DNA from: Acidimicrobiia bacterium
GTDB lineage: Bacteria; Actinomycetota; Acidimicrobiia; Spongiisociales; ZC4RG35
Direction: 5' to 3'
Length of the DNA stretch: 64,000 nt
Assembly (NCBI GenBank): GCA_046484325.1
Contig: JAWOJB010000039.1
Location: 12,686 to 76,685 of the forward strand
The notes under the pieces are model-generated. The model saw nothing but the letters and a program-made list of their open reading frames with translations. It was not told the DNA's origin and made no database searches. A program made the position numbers and the translations under genes. This document shows, piece after piece, positions 20,332 through 29,413 of the stretch (position 1 is the stretch's first letter; each line of letters starts with the position of its first letter).

Positions 20332-20903
20332 GCGGATTCGCACGGGATCGCGAGCTCATGGCGCAGGTGGCGGCGGGAGACCGGGATGCCTTCTCCGAGC
20401 TGATGGCCGAGCATCAGGACCGGGTGTTCGCCGTGTGCCTCCGCACCATGGGCGAGCGGGAGGCGGCCCTGGACGCCACCCAGGACACCTTCGTGGCCCT
20501 CTGGCGCAAGGCCGGCCAGTACGAGGGGACCGCGGCGGTGGGGACCTGGCTGTACCGGATCGCCGTGAACACCTGCTACGACCAGCTCCGCAGGCGGCGA
20601 CGCCGGGCCACCGAGCCCCTCCCCGACCTGGAGCCGGCCGATCCCCGAGCCACCGACCCCTTCGAGGCGGCCGACGAGCGGCCCGCCCTCGAGCACGCCC
20701 TCCGGTCGATCCCCGAGGAGTTCCGGGTGGCCGTGGTGCTCACCGACGTCGAGGGACTCTCGATCGCCGACGTGGCCGAGGTGCTCGGCGTCCCACCGGG
20801 AACCGTCAAGTCCCGGGTGTTCCGCGGCCGCCGCCGGCTGGCGGAGCTCCTCGGGAACCGCGAGGGGGCCGGGGCACGTCCAAGGGACGACCATCATGCA
20901 TGA
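20328..20903 (+). CDS. ECF (group 4) RNA polymerase sigma factor, SigM-like by position
   Basis: ORF 191 aa. Region 2 (DATQDTFVALWRK, WLYRIAVNTCYD) and region 4 (VVLTDVEGLSIADVAEVLGVPPGTVKSRVFRGRRRL). GTG start overlaps the pseudokinase stop (GTGA). Confidence 0.85.
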   Translation: MSGFARDRELMAQVAAGDRDAFSELMAEHQDRVFAVCLRTMGEREAALDATQDTFVALWRKAGQYEGTAAVGTWLYRIAVNTCYDQLRRRRRRATEPLPDLEPADPRATDPFEAADERPALEHALRSIPEEFRVAVVLTDVEGLSIADVAEVLGVPPGTVKSRVFRGRRRLAELLGNREGAGARPRDDHHA

Positions 20904-21645
20904 GCACGACCTCGACCTCGTGGCCGACCTGGCCGCCGGCGATCCCGCAGGCGACGTTGCCGCCACCCGCGAGCTCGTGCGCACCTGCGCCGAGTGCCGG
21001 GGCGAGTACGAGATGCAGCTCCGGGTCCACCATGCCCTCGCCGGACTGCCGTCGGTGGCGATGACCGCCGCCGAGCGCACCCGTCTCCAGGACGGTGTGG
21101 TCGCCGCCCTCCCCGCTTCCGCCGGCCCGGCGGCGTCTCCCGCCACCCGCAGCCGGATCCCACGGTGGTGGAGGGTCGTCCCGGTGGCGGCGGCTGCCGC
21201 CGTGGTGCTCGCCGTCGGAGGGCTCACCGGTGGACTCGGTGGAGGAGACACAGCAGACCTCGCAGCAGAGGACGCGGTGGGCGGATCCGCGGACGTCGAT
21301 GAGCGAGCCGGTGTGGCCGGTGCCCCCGAGATGGCCGAGCCGACGACCACCACGGCAGCGGCCGCCGATGGCGCCGAGCGGATGTCGGCCAGCGAGGTGG
21401 AGTCCGTCCAGGTGCTCATGGCGATTCTGCTCGAGGATCCCCCGACGGCCACCTTCGCCGCCGAGGAGTTCCAGTGCGGATCGTCGACCACCCGCCCTGC
21501 CACCTCCGGCGTCGCCGGGATCGTCGATGGAGTCGGCGTCGAGGTCTTCCTCGTCGAGGCCGAGGCCGGCGGTGAACCGGCGCTCGAGGCCTTCACGCTC
21601 CCCGGCTGCGAGCCGCTGCAGCTGCCCCCCGCCGACGACCGCTAA
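20896..21645 (+). CDS. anti-sigma factor (zf-HC2-like N-terminus, single TM)
   Basis: ORF 249 aa. Overlaps the sigma gene by 8 nt. [16 protein letters not shown] motif and TM segment [20 protein letters not shown]. Confidence 0.65.
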   Translation: MHEHDLDLVADLAAGDPAGDVAATRELVRTCAECRGEYEMQLRVHHALAGLPSVAMTAAERTRLQDGVVAALPASAGPAASPATRSRIPRWWRVVPVAAAAAVVLAVGGLTGGLGGGDTADLAAEDAVGGSADVDERAGVAGAPEMAEPTTTTAAAADGAERMSASEVESVQVLMAILLEDPPTATFAAEEFQCGSSTTRPATSGVAGIVDGVGVEVFLVEAEAGGEPALEAFTLPGCEPLQLPPADDR

Positions 21646-21657
21646 CCTCGCAGGCGG

Positions 21658-21945
21658 ATGGAGGAGTTCGCCACCCAGTTCGCCGACCTCCTGGAGCGCA
21701 CGGCCGGCCGCGTGCGGCAGCTGACGGCCGACCGGGCCGCCAACGTCATCCGGATCGCCTCGCTGGGGCTGCCGGTCCTCGTCCTCGGCGTCCTCGCCGT
21801 CGTGTTCCTGTTCATGACGCTGCACGGAGCCCTGAGCATCCCGCTCGGGTCGGCCGGTGCCTTCGCCGTGATGGCGGGACTATTCCTCGTGGCGGGGGCG
21901 TTCGTATGGCGGAAGCGTCGACAGGCACCCGAGGAAACGACATGA
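21658..21945 (+). CDS. small two-TM membrane protein, unknown function
   Basis: ORF 95 aa with two hydrophobic helices. Its stop overlaps the trxB ATG (ATGA). Third-position GC bias is consistent with coding. Confidence 0.45.
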   Translation: MEEFATQFADLLERTAGRVRQLTADRAANVIRIASLGLPVLVLGVLAVVFLFMTLHGALSIPLGSAGAFAVMAGLFLVAGAFVWRKRRQAPEETT

Positions 21946-22868
21946 GCACCGTCGAGAACGTGATCATCATCGGCAGCGGACCGGCGGGCTACACGGCCGC
22001 CCTCTACGCCGCCCGGGCAGACATGGCCCCTCTCGTGTTCGAGGGCAGCCAGGCGGGCGGGCAGCTCATGATCACCACCGACGTCGAGAACTACCCGGGA
22101 TTCCCGGACGGGATCATGGGACCCGAGCTGATGGACCAGTTCCGCAAGCAGGCCGAGCGATTCGGGGCGCGGCTCGTCACCACCGATGTGACCGCCGTCG
22201 ACTTCTCGAGCCGGCCGTTCCGGGTCGAGGTCGGCGCCGACGAGTACCTCGCCCACACCGTGATCGCGGCCACCGGGGCCTCCGCCAAGTGGCTCGACGT
22301 ACCCGGTGAGTCCCGCCTCACGGGACGAGGCGTATCGGCCTGCGCGACCTGCGACGGCTTCTTCTTCCGGGGCAAGCGCCTCATCGTCGTCGGCGGTGGT
22401 GACTCGGCGATGGAGGAGGCGACCTTCCTCACCAAGTTCGCCGACCAGGTCACCATCGTTCACCGCAGGGACGAGTTCCGGGCCTCGGCGATCATGGCCA
22501 AGCGGGCGCTGGAGCATCCCAAGATCGACGTGACCTGGAACGCCGTGGTGGCCGAGATCCTGGGCGACGGCGAGGTCACGGGCGTGGTTCTCGAGGACAC
22601 CGTCACCGGGGAGCGCCGGGAGATGGCGACGGACGGCGTGTTCGTGGCCATCGGGCACGAGCCCAACACGTCGATCTTCGCCGGCCGGCTCGACCTCGAC
22701 GACAAGGGGTATGTCGTACTCACGGGCCACGGCACGGCCACTTCGGTCCCGGGCGTGTTCGCCGCCGGGGACGTCGCCGACCCGATCTACCGCCAGGCGA
22801 TCACGGCGGCCGGCTCCGGCTGCGCCGCCGCCATCGACGCCGGCCACCACCTGCAGTCCATCGCCTGA
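21942..22868 (+). CDS. trxB: thioredoxin-disulfide reductase
   Basis: ORF 21906..22868. Start at [20 protein letters not shown]. Redox motif CATCDG, NADPH motif [10 protein letters not shown]. Confidence 0.95.
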   Translation: MSTVENVIIIGSGPAGYTAALYAARADMAPLVFEGSQAGGQLMITTDVENYPGFPDGIMGPELMDQFRKQAERFGARLVTTDVTAVDFSSRPFRVEVGADEYLAHTVIAATGASAKWLDVPGESRLTGRGVSACATCDGFFFRGKRLIVVGGGDSAMEEATFLTKFADQVTIVHRRDEFRASAIMAKRALEHPKIDVTWNAVVAEILGDGEVTGVVLEDTVTGERREMATDGVFVAIGHEPNTSIFAGRLDLDDKGYVVLTGHGTATSVPGVFAAGDVADPIYRQAITAAGSGCAAAIDAGHHLQSIA

Positions 22869-22890
22869 CCAGACCGACAAGGAGCAACAC

Positions 22891-23217
22891 ATGGGCGCCA
22901 ATACCGTCATCCTGGACGACGCCACCTTCCGACAGGCCATCGACGCGAGCAAGCCGGTCCTCGTCGACTTCTGGGCCGAGTGGTGCGGTCCCTGCAAGAT
23001 GGTCGCGCCGGTCCTCGACGAGATCGCCGGCGAGTACCCGGACAAGATCACCATCGGCAAGCTGAACATCGACGAGAACCCCCAGGCTCCGGCCAGCTAC
23101 GACGTCATGAGCATCCCCACCCTCATCCTGTTCCAGGACGGGGTCGAGAAGAAGCGGATCGTCGGAGCTCGGCCCAAGCACCAACTGGTGCAGGAGCTGC
23201 GCGAGTACCTCGGCTGA
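22891..23217 (+). CDS. trxA: thioredoxin
   Basis: 3' part of ORF 22711..23217 starting MGANTVILDD. WCGPCK active site. AAGGAG 7 nt upstream of the ATG. Confidence 0.95.
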   Translation: MGANTVILDDATFRQAIDASKPVLVDFWAEWCGPCKMVAPVLDEIAGEYPDKITIGKLNIDENPQAPASYDVMSIPTLILFQDGVEKKRIVGARPKHQLVQELREYLG

Positions 23218-23242
23218 CCGGCGTGTGGGACGATGGGGGCCG

Positions 23243-24220
23243 ATGCGCCTCTATCGCCTCCACGACACCGGCGAACCGGTCCGCGACATCCAGGACCGGC
23301 TCGCCGCCCTCGGCTACGACTGCGAGGCCGACGCCCGCGGCGAGTTCGGTGAGGGCACGCGCCAGGCGGTGACCTGCTTCCAACGGGCCCAGGGGCTGGC
23401 CCCTGACGGGATCGTCGGGCCCGAGTCCTGGCGCTCCCTCTACGAGGCCGGCTACCGACTCGGCGACCGGCTGCTCTTCCTCCGCCGGCCGATGCTTCGC
23501 GGCGACGACGTGGCCGAGCTCCAGCGGCGACTCAACACGCTGGGGTTCGACACCGGCAAGGTGGACGGGATCTTCGGCCCCGAGAGCGAGCGGGCCATCC
23601 TGGAGTTCCAGTCCAACCGCAATCTGGCCGAGGACGGGGTGGCCGGGCCCGAGGTCATCACCGAGCTGCGTCTCCTCGCCCGCGGTCCCCTCTCCGGGGG
23701 CCGGGAGGCGATCCGGGAGCGGGAGTGGATGCGGTCCCAGCGAGGGACGGTCGTGGGAACCCGCGTCTACTTCGACGCCGCGTGTCGCAATCCCGACGAG
23801 GCCCGCCGAACCTGGGGTGCCGCCACCGCCGCCTCGCTCGAGCTCCAGGAGCGAGGTGGTATTCCAGTTATTTCCAGAAGCGCCGACCTCCGGCCGCCCG
23901 AGCGCGTGCGCGCTCGGCGCGCCAATCGGCTGGGGGCCGACCTCATCGTCTCGCTCCAGGTCTCCGAGACCGACGACGCCGTCTACTACTTCGCAAGCCC
24001 CCAGAGTCACAGCGAGGCCGGTCGCCTACTCGCCGAGTGCGTGGCCGCCGAGGTGGGTGGAGCGGTGGAGGGCAGGGCCACCCCGATCCTCAAGGAAACG
24101 AGGGCTCCGGCGGTGGTGGTTGCCCGTACGGATCTCGACGAGCACACCGGGCGCACCCTGGTCCCCGGGCTCGGCGCCTTCTTCCGTCTCGCCGCCGGTC
24201 AGGCGAAGAACCGTCGGTAG
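23243..24220 (+). CDS. cwlM: CwlM-like protein: two PG_binding_1 domains plus N-acetylmuramoyl-L-alanine amidase (Amidase_3) domain
   Basis: ORF 23225..24220. Repeated peptidoglycan-binding motifs (QRAQGLAPDGIVGPESW, QSNRNLAEDGVAGPEV). C-terminal amidase_3-like part. Same position as cwlM after trxB/trxC in mycobacteria. Confidence 0.75.
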   Translation: MRLYRLHDTGEPVRDIQDRLAALGYDCEADARGEFGEGTRQAVTCFQRAQGLAPDGIVGPESWRSLYEAGYRLGDRLLFLRRPMLRGDDVAELQRRLNTLGFDTGKVDGIFGPESERAILEFQSNRNLAEDGVAGPEVITELRLLARGPLSGGREAIREREWMRSQRGTVVGTRVYFDAACRNPDEARRTWGAATAASLELQERGGIPVISRSADLRPPERVRARRANRLGADLIVSLQVSETDDAVYYFASPQSHSEAGRLLAECVAAEVGGAVEGRATPILKETRAPAVVVARTDLDEHTGRTLVPGLGAFFRLAAGQAKNRR

Positions 24221-25053
24221 AGCCGTTCGAGGTCGTCGAGCGACCCGAAGGCGATCTCGACCGTGCCGCGGGCCTTCCGGTACGAGATCCGCACCCTGGT
24301 GCCGAGCTGCTCGGTCAATCGCTGCTCGAGTTCGACGATCGCCGCCGGACGGACCTCGCGCACCCGGACCGGGGCCCTCCGGTCCAGCTCCTTGCGGACC
24401 CGGGCGGCTTCCTCCACCTGGCGGACGCTCCAGCCCTCCTCGACCGCCCGTGCCGCCACGTGCTCGGCGTAGGCTCGGTCATCGATTCCCAGGAGCGCCC
24501 GGGCGTGCCCGGCGCTGAGCTCTCCACGCTCGAGCATGCCCTGGATGGCGGCGGGGAGCTGGAGGAGACGGATGGTGTTGGTGATGGCCGACCGGCTGCG
24601 ACCCACCTTCGCCCCCACCTCCTCGTGGGACATGCCGAAGTCGTCGAGCAGCTGGCGAAAGGCGGCGGCCTCCTCCAGCGGCGACAGATCCTCTCGCTGG
24701 AGGTTCTCGACGAGCGCCTCCGTGATCGATCCCGCCCCCTCCCCCGTCTGGCGGATGACCGCCGGGATCTCGGACAGCCCCGCCCGGCGGGCTGCCCGCC
24801 AACGGCGTTCGCCGGCGACGAGGACGTATCCGCCCTCCCCATCGGACCGCACCGCAATGGGCTGTAGCACGCCGATCTCCCCGATCGACTCGGCCAGGGC
24901 GGTGATGGCGTCCTCGTCGAACAGGGTGCGCGGCTGGTCGGGGTTGGGTCGAATCGCATCCACCGGGATGTGATCGAACCAGCGTTCCTGCTCCGGGCCC
25001 GACGGGATCAGCGCTTCCAGGCCCCGTCCGAGCCCGCTCCGGCGGGCGCTCAC
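24199..25053 (-). CDS. parB: chromosome partitioning protein ParB
   Basis: ORF 284 aa with GLGRGLEALIP and GERRWRAA. Its 3' end overlaps the convergent cwlM-like gene by 22 nt. Confidence 0.95.
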   Translation of the reverse strand: MSARRSGLGRGLEALIPSGPEQERWFDHIPVDAIRPNPDQPRTLFDEDAITALAESIGEIGVLQPIAVRSDGEGGYVLVAGERRWRAARRAGLSEIPAVIRQTGEGAGSITEALVENLQREDLSPLEEAAAFRQLLDDFGMSHEEVGAKVGRSRSAITNTIRLLQLPAAIQGMLERGELSAGHARALLGIDDRAYAEHVAARAVEEGWSVRQVEEAARVRKELDRRAPVRVREVRPAAIVELEQRLTEQLGTRVRISYRKARGTVEIAFGSLDDLERLYRRFFA

Positions 25054-25835
25054 GTCACACCCCCGTGACGCTGCACGAACTCCCGTCCCAACTGGCGGTA
25101 GGCGATGGCGCCCCGGCTCATCGGATCGAACGCCTCGAGCGGCTCACCGTACGACGGCGCCTCCGACAGGCGCACAGTCCGGGGCACGACGGTTCGATAC
25201 GTCGTGTCTCGGAAGTGGCTCCGGACCTGGGCTGCGACGTCGTGCGACAGCTTGGTGCGGGCATCGAACATCGTCAGGACCACGCCACCGATCGTCAGTT
25301 CCGGATTGAGGTTGCGCCGGACCAGGTCGACGTTCTGGAGGAGCTGGGATAGCCCCTCGAGGGCGTAGTACTCGCACTGGATCGGGATCATGACCTCGTC
25401 GGCCGCCGCCAGGGCGTTCACCGTCAGCAGCCCGAGCGACGGCGGGCAGTCGACGAAGACGACGTCGAAGTGGCCCTTCGCCGCGGCGAGGGCGGTTCGC
25501 AATCGCAGCTCTCGCGAGAAGAGCGAGACCAGCTCGATCTCGGCTCCCGCCAGGTCGATCGTTGCGGGAACGACGAACAGGTCTCGCACGCTCGTCGGCT
25601 CGATCGCGTCGTCAATCGCCGACTCCTTCAACAAAACGTCATAGATCGACACGACGATCCGGCCCCGGTCGATTCCCAGACCCGAGGTGGCGTTGCCCTG
25701 CGGGTCGAGGTCCACGACCAACACCCTCGATCCCTGGAACGCCACCGAGGCCGCCAGGTTGATGGCGGTGGTGGACTTGCCGACACCACCCTTCTGGTTG
25801 GCGACGGCAACGATGAGACCCTGTCGATCACTCAC
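25050..25835 (-). CDS. parA: chromosome partitioning ATPase ParA/Soj
   Basis: ORF 261 aa with deviant Walker A NQKGGVGKSTTAINLA. 4-nt overlaps with parB and rsmG. Confidence 0.95.
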   Translation of the reverse strand: MSDRQGLIVAVANQKGGVGKSTTAINLAASVAFQGSRVLVVDLDPQGNATSGLGIDRGRIVVSIYDVLLKESAIDDAIEPTSVRDLFVVPATIDLAGAEIELVSLFSRELRLRTALAAAKGHFDVVFVDCPPSLGLLTVNALAAADEVMIPIQCEYYALEGLSQLLQNVDLVRRNLNPELTIGGVVLTMFDARTKLSHDVAAQVRSHFRDTTYRTVVPRTVRLSEAPSYGEPLEAFDPMSRGAIAYRQLGREFVQRHGGVT

Positions 25836-26473
25836 AGCGGGGCCATGATAAGGAGGTGGAGCCGCCGTGCAAGGATCTCCGAGTCCGACGCCCGCACCTG
25901 TAGACGCCGCCCGGGTGGAGCCGGGGGAACCGCGGCGTCGGAGGCGACCGCCGCCACCCCCGTACCCTCGGCGGCGAGGAGCCGGTCCAGCACCGAGACT
26001 GCCAACCCGGGCGGGAAGACGGCGCGCATCACCACCGCCTGCCGGCCCGCCTCGCAGCGCTCGGCCTCACCCTCCTGCACCTCGACGTTCTCGATGCCCG
26101 CGACCCGCACTGCCCGCCGAAGAAGCGCCACCTTCCGGCCGCTCCGGTCGAGCAGGGTAACCCGGCAGCCCGGCCAGACGATGGCGAGGGGGATCCCGGG
26201 GATACCGCCACCGCTCCCGACATCCAGGAGCTCCCATGGCTCTGCCTCGAACCCGGCGACGAATCCCAATCCCTCGAGCACATGCCGGCCCAGGATCTCC
26301 TCGCCCTCGTTCGGGCCGACTGCACCACCGGCGATCCCCTCGCTTCCAAGCCATCTGCGATAGGCGAGGAGCCGGTCGACCTGGGCCGTATCGAGCGAGA
26401 GGCCGAGCTCGATGGCCCGGCCTCTCACCAGCTCCCGCTCATCGCGGGTTTCACGTGAAACTCGAGGGTTCAC
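25832..26473 (-). CDS. rsmG: 16S rRNA (guanine527-N7)-methyltransferase
   Basis: ORF 213 aa with SAM motif LLDVGSGGGIPGIPLAI. Conserved position between parA and jag. Confidence 0.9.
   Translation of the reverse strand: MNPRVSRETRDERELVRGRAIELGLSLDTAQVDRLLAYRRWLGSEGIAGGAVGPNEGEEILGRHVLEGLGFVAGFEAEPWELLDVGSGGGIPGIPLAIVWPGCRVTLLDRSGRKVALLRRAVRVAGIENVEVQEGEAERCEAGRQAVVMRAVFPPGLAVSVLDRLLAAEGTGVAAVASDAAVPPAPPGRRLQVRASDSEILARRLHLLIMAPL
26447..26462. promoter_or_regulatory. parS-like ParB binding site
   Basis: GGTTTCACGTGAAACT matches the TGTTTCACGTGAAACA consensus at 14 of 16 positions (only the outer bases differ). It lies in the first codons of rsmG. Confidence 0.6.
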
Positions 26474-27408
26474 TCCTCTGAGTCATCGCCTCGCGGCTGC
26501 GCCTCGGCGCTGTCTGCGACACCCGAGTATCCGGGCTCCCGCGAGAGCACCACGTACCGCTGGGGTGCTACGCCCTCGGAATAGGACCGGATTCCCTCGT
26601 TGGCGGCGGCCGCATCGTGGATGACCTTCCGATCCGCGGCGCTCATCGGATCCAGCATCAGCTCGCCACCCTCTTCCAGGACCTGGGCGATGAGTTGGTT
26701 GGCGTAGATGGTCAGGGCCTGACGGCGCCGCTCGGCATAGCCGGCGATATCCAATCGGAGGCGCGCCGAGCCCTGGGTCTTGCGCTGCATCACGGTCTTC
26801 GTCAGATCGTGTACGGCCTCGAGCACCGACCCCCGGGTTCCGACCAGCGCCTCGGTCTGGTCACCGTGGACCTCGGCGACGATCGTGTCTTCCTCCACTC
26901 GCACATCCACGGTGCCTTCGAGGCCGAATGCCGTGACGAGTCCCGAGAGGAAGTCACGAACGACCGGCACGAGTTCCTCGATCTCCACCTCCGGTAGCTC
27001 CTTCCTCGACGTCTCGTCCACCCGTCCACCTCCCGAACCTCGGTCCTCACCACCGCGCCGAGCGCCCTCCCGCCGTCCAGCGTCGCCGGAGCCGCCGTCC
27101 TTGCGTTCGCCGCGATCTCGACCCTGCCGGCGCTCTCTGCGCTGCTCGCCCTGCCGGCTCCCACCGCGGTCGCCGCCTTCCCGTCCACCCGTCTCTCCTG
27201 GGCCCTTCTTTCGCCGCCGGCGGCGCTTCTTGGGGGCCTTCGGCTTCACCCGGACGATCGCGGGCGTACCGCCCATGCCCAGGAACCCCCTCTGCGGTTC
27301 TTGTAGGACCTCGACGTCGGCTCGCTCGGGGTCGTCGATCCCCAACTCGGCCAGGGCGGCAGCGACCGCCACCTCGACCGTCTTACCTCGTACTTCGACC
27401 CACTCCAC
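26470..27408 (-). CDS. jag: Jag/KhpB-type RNA-binding protein (Jag_N, KH, R3H) with Arg/Gly/Glu-rich linker
   Basis: 3' part of ORF 26470..27531. GTG start preceded by AGGAGG, 1 nt after the yidC stop. VEWVEVRGKTVEVAVAAALAELG (Jag_N). C-terminal R3H-like MSAADRKVIHDAAA. Confidence 0.85.
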   Translation of the reverse strand: MEWVEVRGKTVEVAVAAALAELGIDDPERADVEVLQEPQRGFLGMGGTPAIVRVKPKAPKKRRRRRKKGPGETGGREGGDRGGSRQGEQRRERRQGRDRGERKDGGSGDAGRREGARRGGEDRGSGGGRVDETSRKELPEVEIEELVPVVRDFLSGLVTAFGLEGTVDVRVEEDTIVAEVHGDQTEALVGTRGSVLEAVHDLTKTVMQRKTQGSARLRLDIAGYAERRRQALTIYANQLIAQVLEEGGELMLDPMSAADRKVIHDAAAANEGIRSYSEGVAPQRYVVLSREPGYSGVADSAEAQPRGDDSEE

Positions 27409-27409
27409 G

Positions 27410-28264
27410 TCACTTCCTCCTGCGACGTCGCCGTCTGTTGGACGTATTCTTCTGCGGTTTGGGCGCCGGTTGGGCACCGTTCGCGGCTTCCGGCTCCGGC
27501 TCGCTCGCGGCCGGCAGTTGTGGCCGGCCATCGATCTTGAAGATCACCACCTGTTGAACCAGCCGGAACAGGTTCGAGGTCGTCCAATAGAGGACGAGGC
27601 CGGCCGGGAAGTTCCACGAGATGAAGCCGATGAAGAGCGGCATGATCCGCGTGATCGCCTGCTGGGTCTGCTGTTGCTGCTTGTTGGCACCGGCGGCCGG
27701 GGTGCCCTGACCCCGCATGGCGTGCCACTGCTGGAAGTACTGGCTGACCACCATGAGCAGCATCATCGCCAGGTAGGGGAGGGCGAGGAGCGCGCTCTGG
27801 CTGAAGGCTTGGGACGGGCTGGTCCCCAACTCCATTCCCAGGAAGACCGTCTGTCCACCGGCGATAGCCGATGCCAGGGCGGACTCCGACGGCACCGGCG
27901 AGAAGCTCATGTTGGCGCCCAGCGGATCCTGGAGCGTCCGGAACAGCGCCAACCAGATGGGGAACTGGACGAGGAGCGGCAATAGGCAGCCACCCGGGGT
28001 GGCACCCGCCTCCCTCTGCACCCGCATCAGCTCGCGCTGCATCTCCTCTGGGCTCTCCTTGAGCTCCTTCTGGATGCGGCGGACCTCGGGTTGGATCGAT
28101 TGGAAGGCACGGGTGGCCCGCGTCTGCTTGAGCGTGAGCGGGAACAGGATCAGGTTCACCGTGAGGGTGAGGAGGATGATCGAGACGCCGTAGCTGGGGA
28201 CGATGTCGAAGTAGAACGCGAGCCCCCGGCCCAGCAGCTGTTCCAGAAACTGGAAGATCCCCAT
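27410..28264 (-). CDS. yidC: membrane protein insertase YidC (short form)
   Basis: ORF 284 aa with SIILLTLTVNLILFPLTLKQ and WNFPAGLVLYWTTSNLF. Confidence 0.95.
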   Translation of the reverse strand: MGIFQFLEQLLGRGLAFYFDIVPSYGVSIILLTLTVNLILFPLTLKQTRATRAFQSIQPEVRRIQKELKESPEEMQRELMRVQREAGATPGGCLLPLLVQFPIWLALFRTLQDPLGANMSFSPVPSESALASAIAGGQTVFLGMELGTSPSQAFSQSALLALPYLAMMLLMVVSQYFQQWHAMRGQGTPAAGANKQQQQTQQAITRIMPLFIGFISWNFPAGLVLYWTTSNLFRLVQQVVIFKIDGRPQLPAASEPEPEAANGAQPAPKPQKNTSNRRRRRRRK

Positions 28265-28527
28265 CAGTCGGTCCCCTCACGCGATGGCACCGGGTCGTAG
28301 CCTCCCCCGTGGAGGGGATGGCAGCGACCGATCCTGCGGATCGCCAGCCAACCACCATGCGCCAAGCCGAATCGCTCGATGGCCTCCGCCGCATAAGCCG
28401 AGCAGGTCGGCTGGTAGCGGCAATTCGAGGCCAGCAGCGGGCTGAGCCACCGCCGGTACCCGGCGATTCCCATGAGCGCCATGCCGGCAGGCGTCCAGAA
28501 CGGTCGCTGCGGGTGCATCTCGGTCAT
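28264..28527 (-). CDS. yidD: membrane protein insertion efficiency factor YidD
   Basis: 3' part of ORF 28264..28626 starting MTEMHPQ. Motifs [20 protein letters not shown] and [19 protein letters not shown] overlap with rnpA. Confidence 0.9.
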   Translation of the reverse strand: MTEMHPQRPFWTPAGMALMGIAGYRRWLSPLLASNCRYQPTCSAYAAEAIERFGLAHGGWLAIRRIGRCHPLHGGGYDPVPSREGTD

Positions 28528-28889
28528 CGGGCCGCTCCTTCCTCCAGCCAGCGGACCAACTGGGCGAAGGGGGCAGCCACGACCTCGGCCGAGGCGATGA
28601 CCACGTAGTCGAGGTCCGCCGGCCACGAGGCCACGGCGGCGGCGTGCCGGAGCCGGCGCTTGGCTCGATTGCGGAGCACTGCTTTGCCTACCTTCCTTCC
28701 GACCACCAAGCCGACCCGGACCACACCGTCGGCTCCCGGGGCGGACACCACCACGAGACCACCCCGGCGGCGGCGGATGCCGGTGTCGAGCACTCGACGG
28801 AAATCCTCGGAACGCCGGAGCCGGGCGAAGACGGGCTCAGGCCGCGAGACGTTTGCGACCCTTGTCGCGGCGGGCCTTGATGACTGCAC
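28524..28889 (-). CDS. rnpA: ribonuclease P protein component
   Basis: ORF 121 aa. Basic RNase P protein motif ([13 protein letters not shown]). Position after rpmH. The GTG start at 28889 would overlap rpmH by 53 nt, so the true start is uncertain. Confidence 0.8.
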   Translation of the reverse strand: MQSSRPAATRVANVSRPEPVFARLRRSEDFRRVLDTGIRRRRGGLVVVSAPGADGVVRVGLVVGRKVGKAVLRNRAKRRLRHAAAVASWPADLDYVVIASAEVVAAPFAQLVRWLEEGAAR

Positions 28890-28971
28890 GGCCGGACCGG
28901 GTGCGCATGCGGGCGCGGAAGCCGTGCTTGCGCTTGCGACGGCGAACCTTGGGTTGATACGTCCTCTTCAT
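28837..28971 (-). CDS. rpmH: 50S ribosomal protein L34
   Basis: [44 protein letters not shown], the internal Met of ORF 28837..29040. Confidence 0.95.
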   Translation of the reverse strand: MKRTYQPKVRRRKRKHGFRARMRTRSGRAVIKARRDKGRKRLAA

Positions 28972-29335
28972 GATGGCACGACTCGACTCGCAACGAGTGA
29001 CGGGGGATGAGAGCGGGAGCCTACGGACGGCACGGAGCACCTGTCAAAGCAGGGTCGCGAGAAACGGCCATGGACCGCGAAAGCTCGCCTTCGGTGCCGG
29101 GGGCACATTCTGGGCGCCTTCGGCCCCCGTCGCGGACGGCGAATCCCCCGATTCACCTGGCGGTTTCCAGATTCCCCCATACCCACCAATGCCCTGCAAC
29201 GTCGATTTCCGCGCTCTTGAAGGCCCGTTTCGGCCGTCCATATACTCGCCCTCCCGGCCGTGAACCAGGGTGCCTTCCCCCACCCGGCCCCGGTCTGCAC
29301 GCCGAGATTTCGGAGTGAAGATGCGTCGGCGAGCC

Positions 29336-29366
29336 TTGTCCACACATGTGGAATCGCCTGTGGAAA
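29336..29366. promoter_or_regulatory. three DnaA-box-like 9-mers just upstream of dnaA
   Basis: TTGTCCACA at 29336-29344 (perfect actinobacterial consensus), then inverted TGTGGAAT (29347-29354) and TGTGGAAA (29359-29366). All lie about 50-80 nt upstream of the dnaA GTG. Confidence 0.55.
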
Positions 29367-29413
29367 TCATGGGTGCGTCGGCCTGAAGTAGGAGCTCGTG
29401 GGAGGAGGAGCCC

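Noticed and set aside
20292-23069. 434-aa and 475-aa minus-strand ORFs (also 5961..7829 plus strand and 62847..63974 minus strand elsewhere)
   Set aside because: They are antisense to the sigma/anti-sigma, trxB/trxA, argG and serS genes respectively. Same high-GC artefact class.
28972-29335. Repeated ATTCCCCC / AATCCCCCGATTC words in the rpmH-dnaA spacer as additional DnaA boxes
   Set aside because: They lack the TCCACA core. I cannot support them as binding sites from sequence alone.
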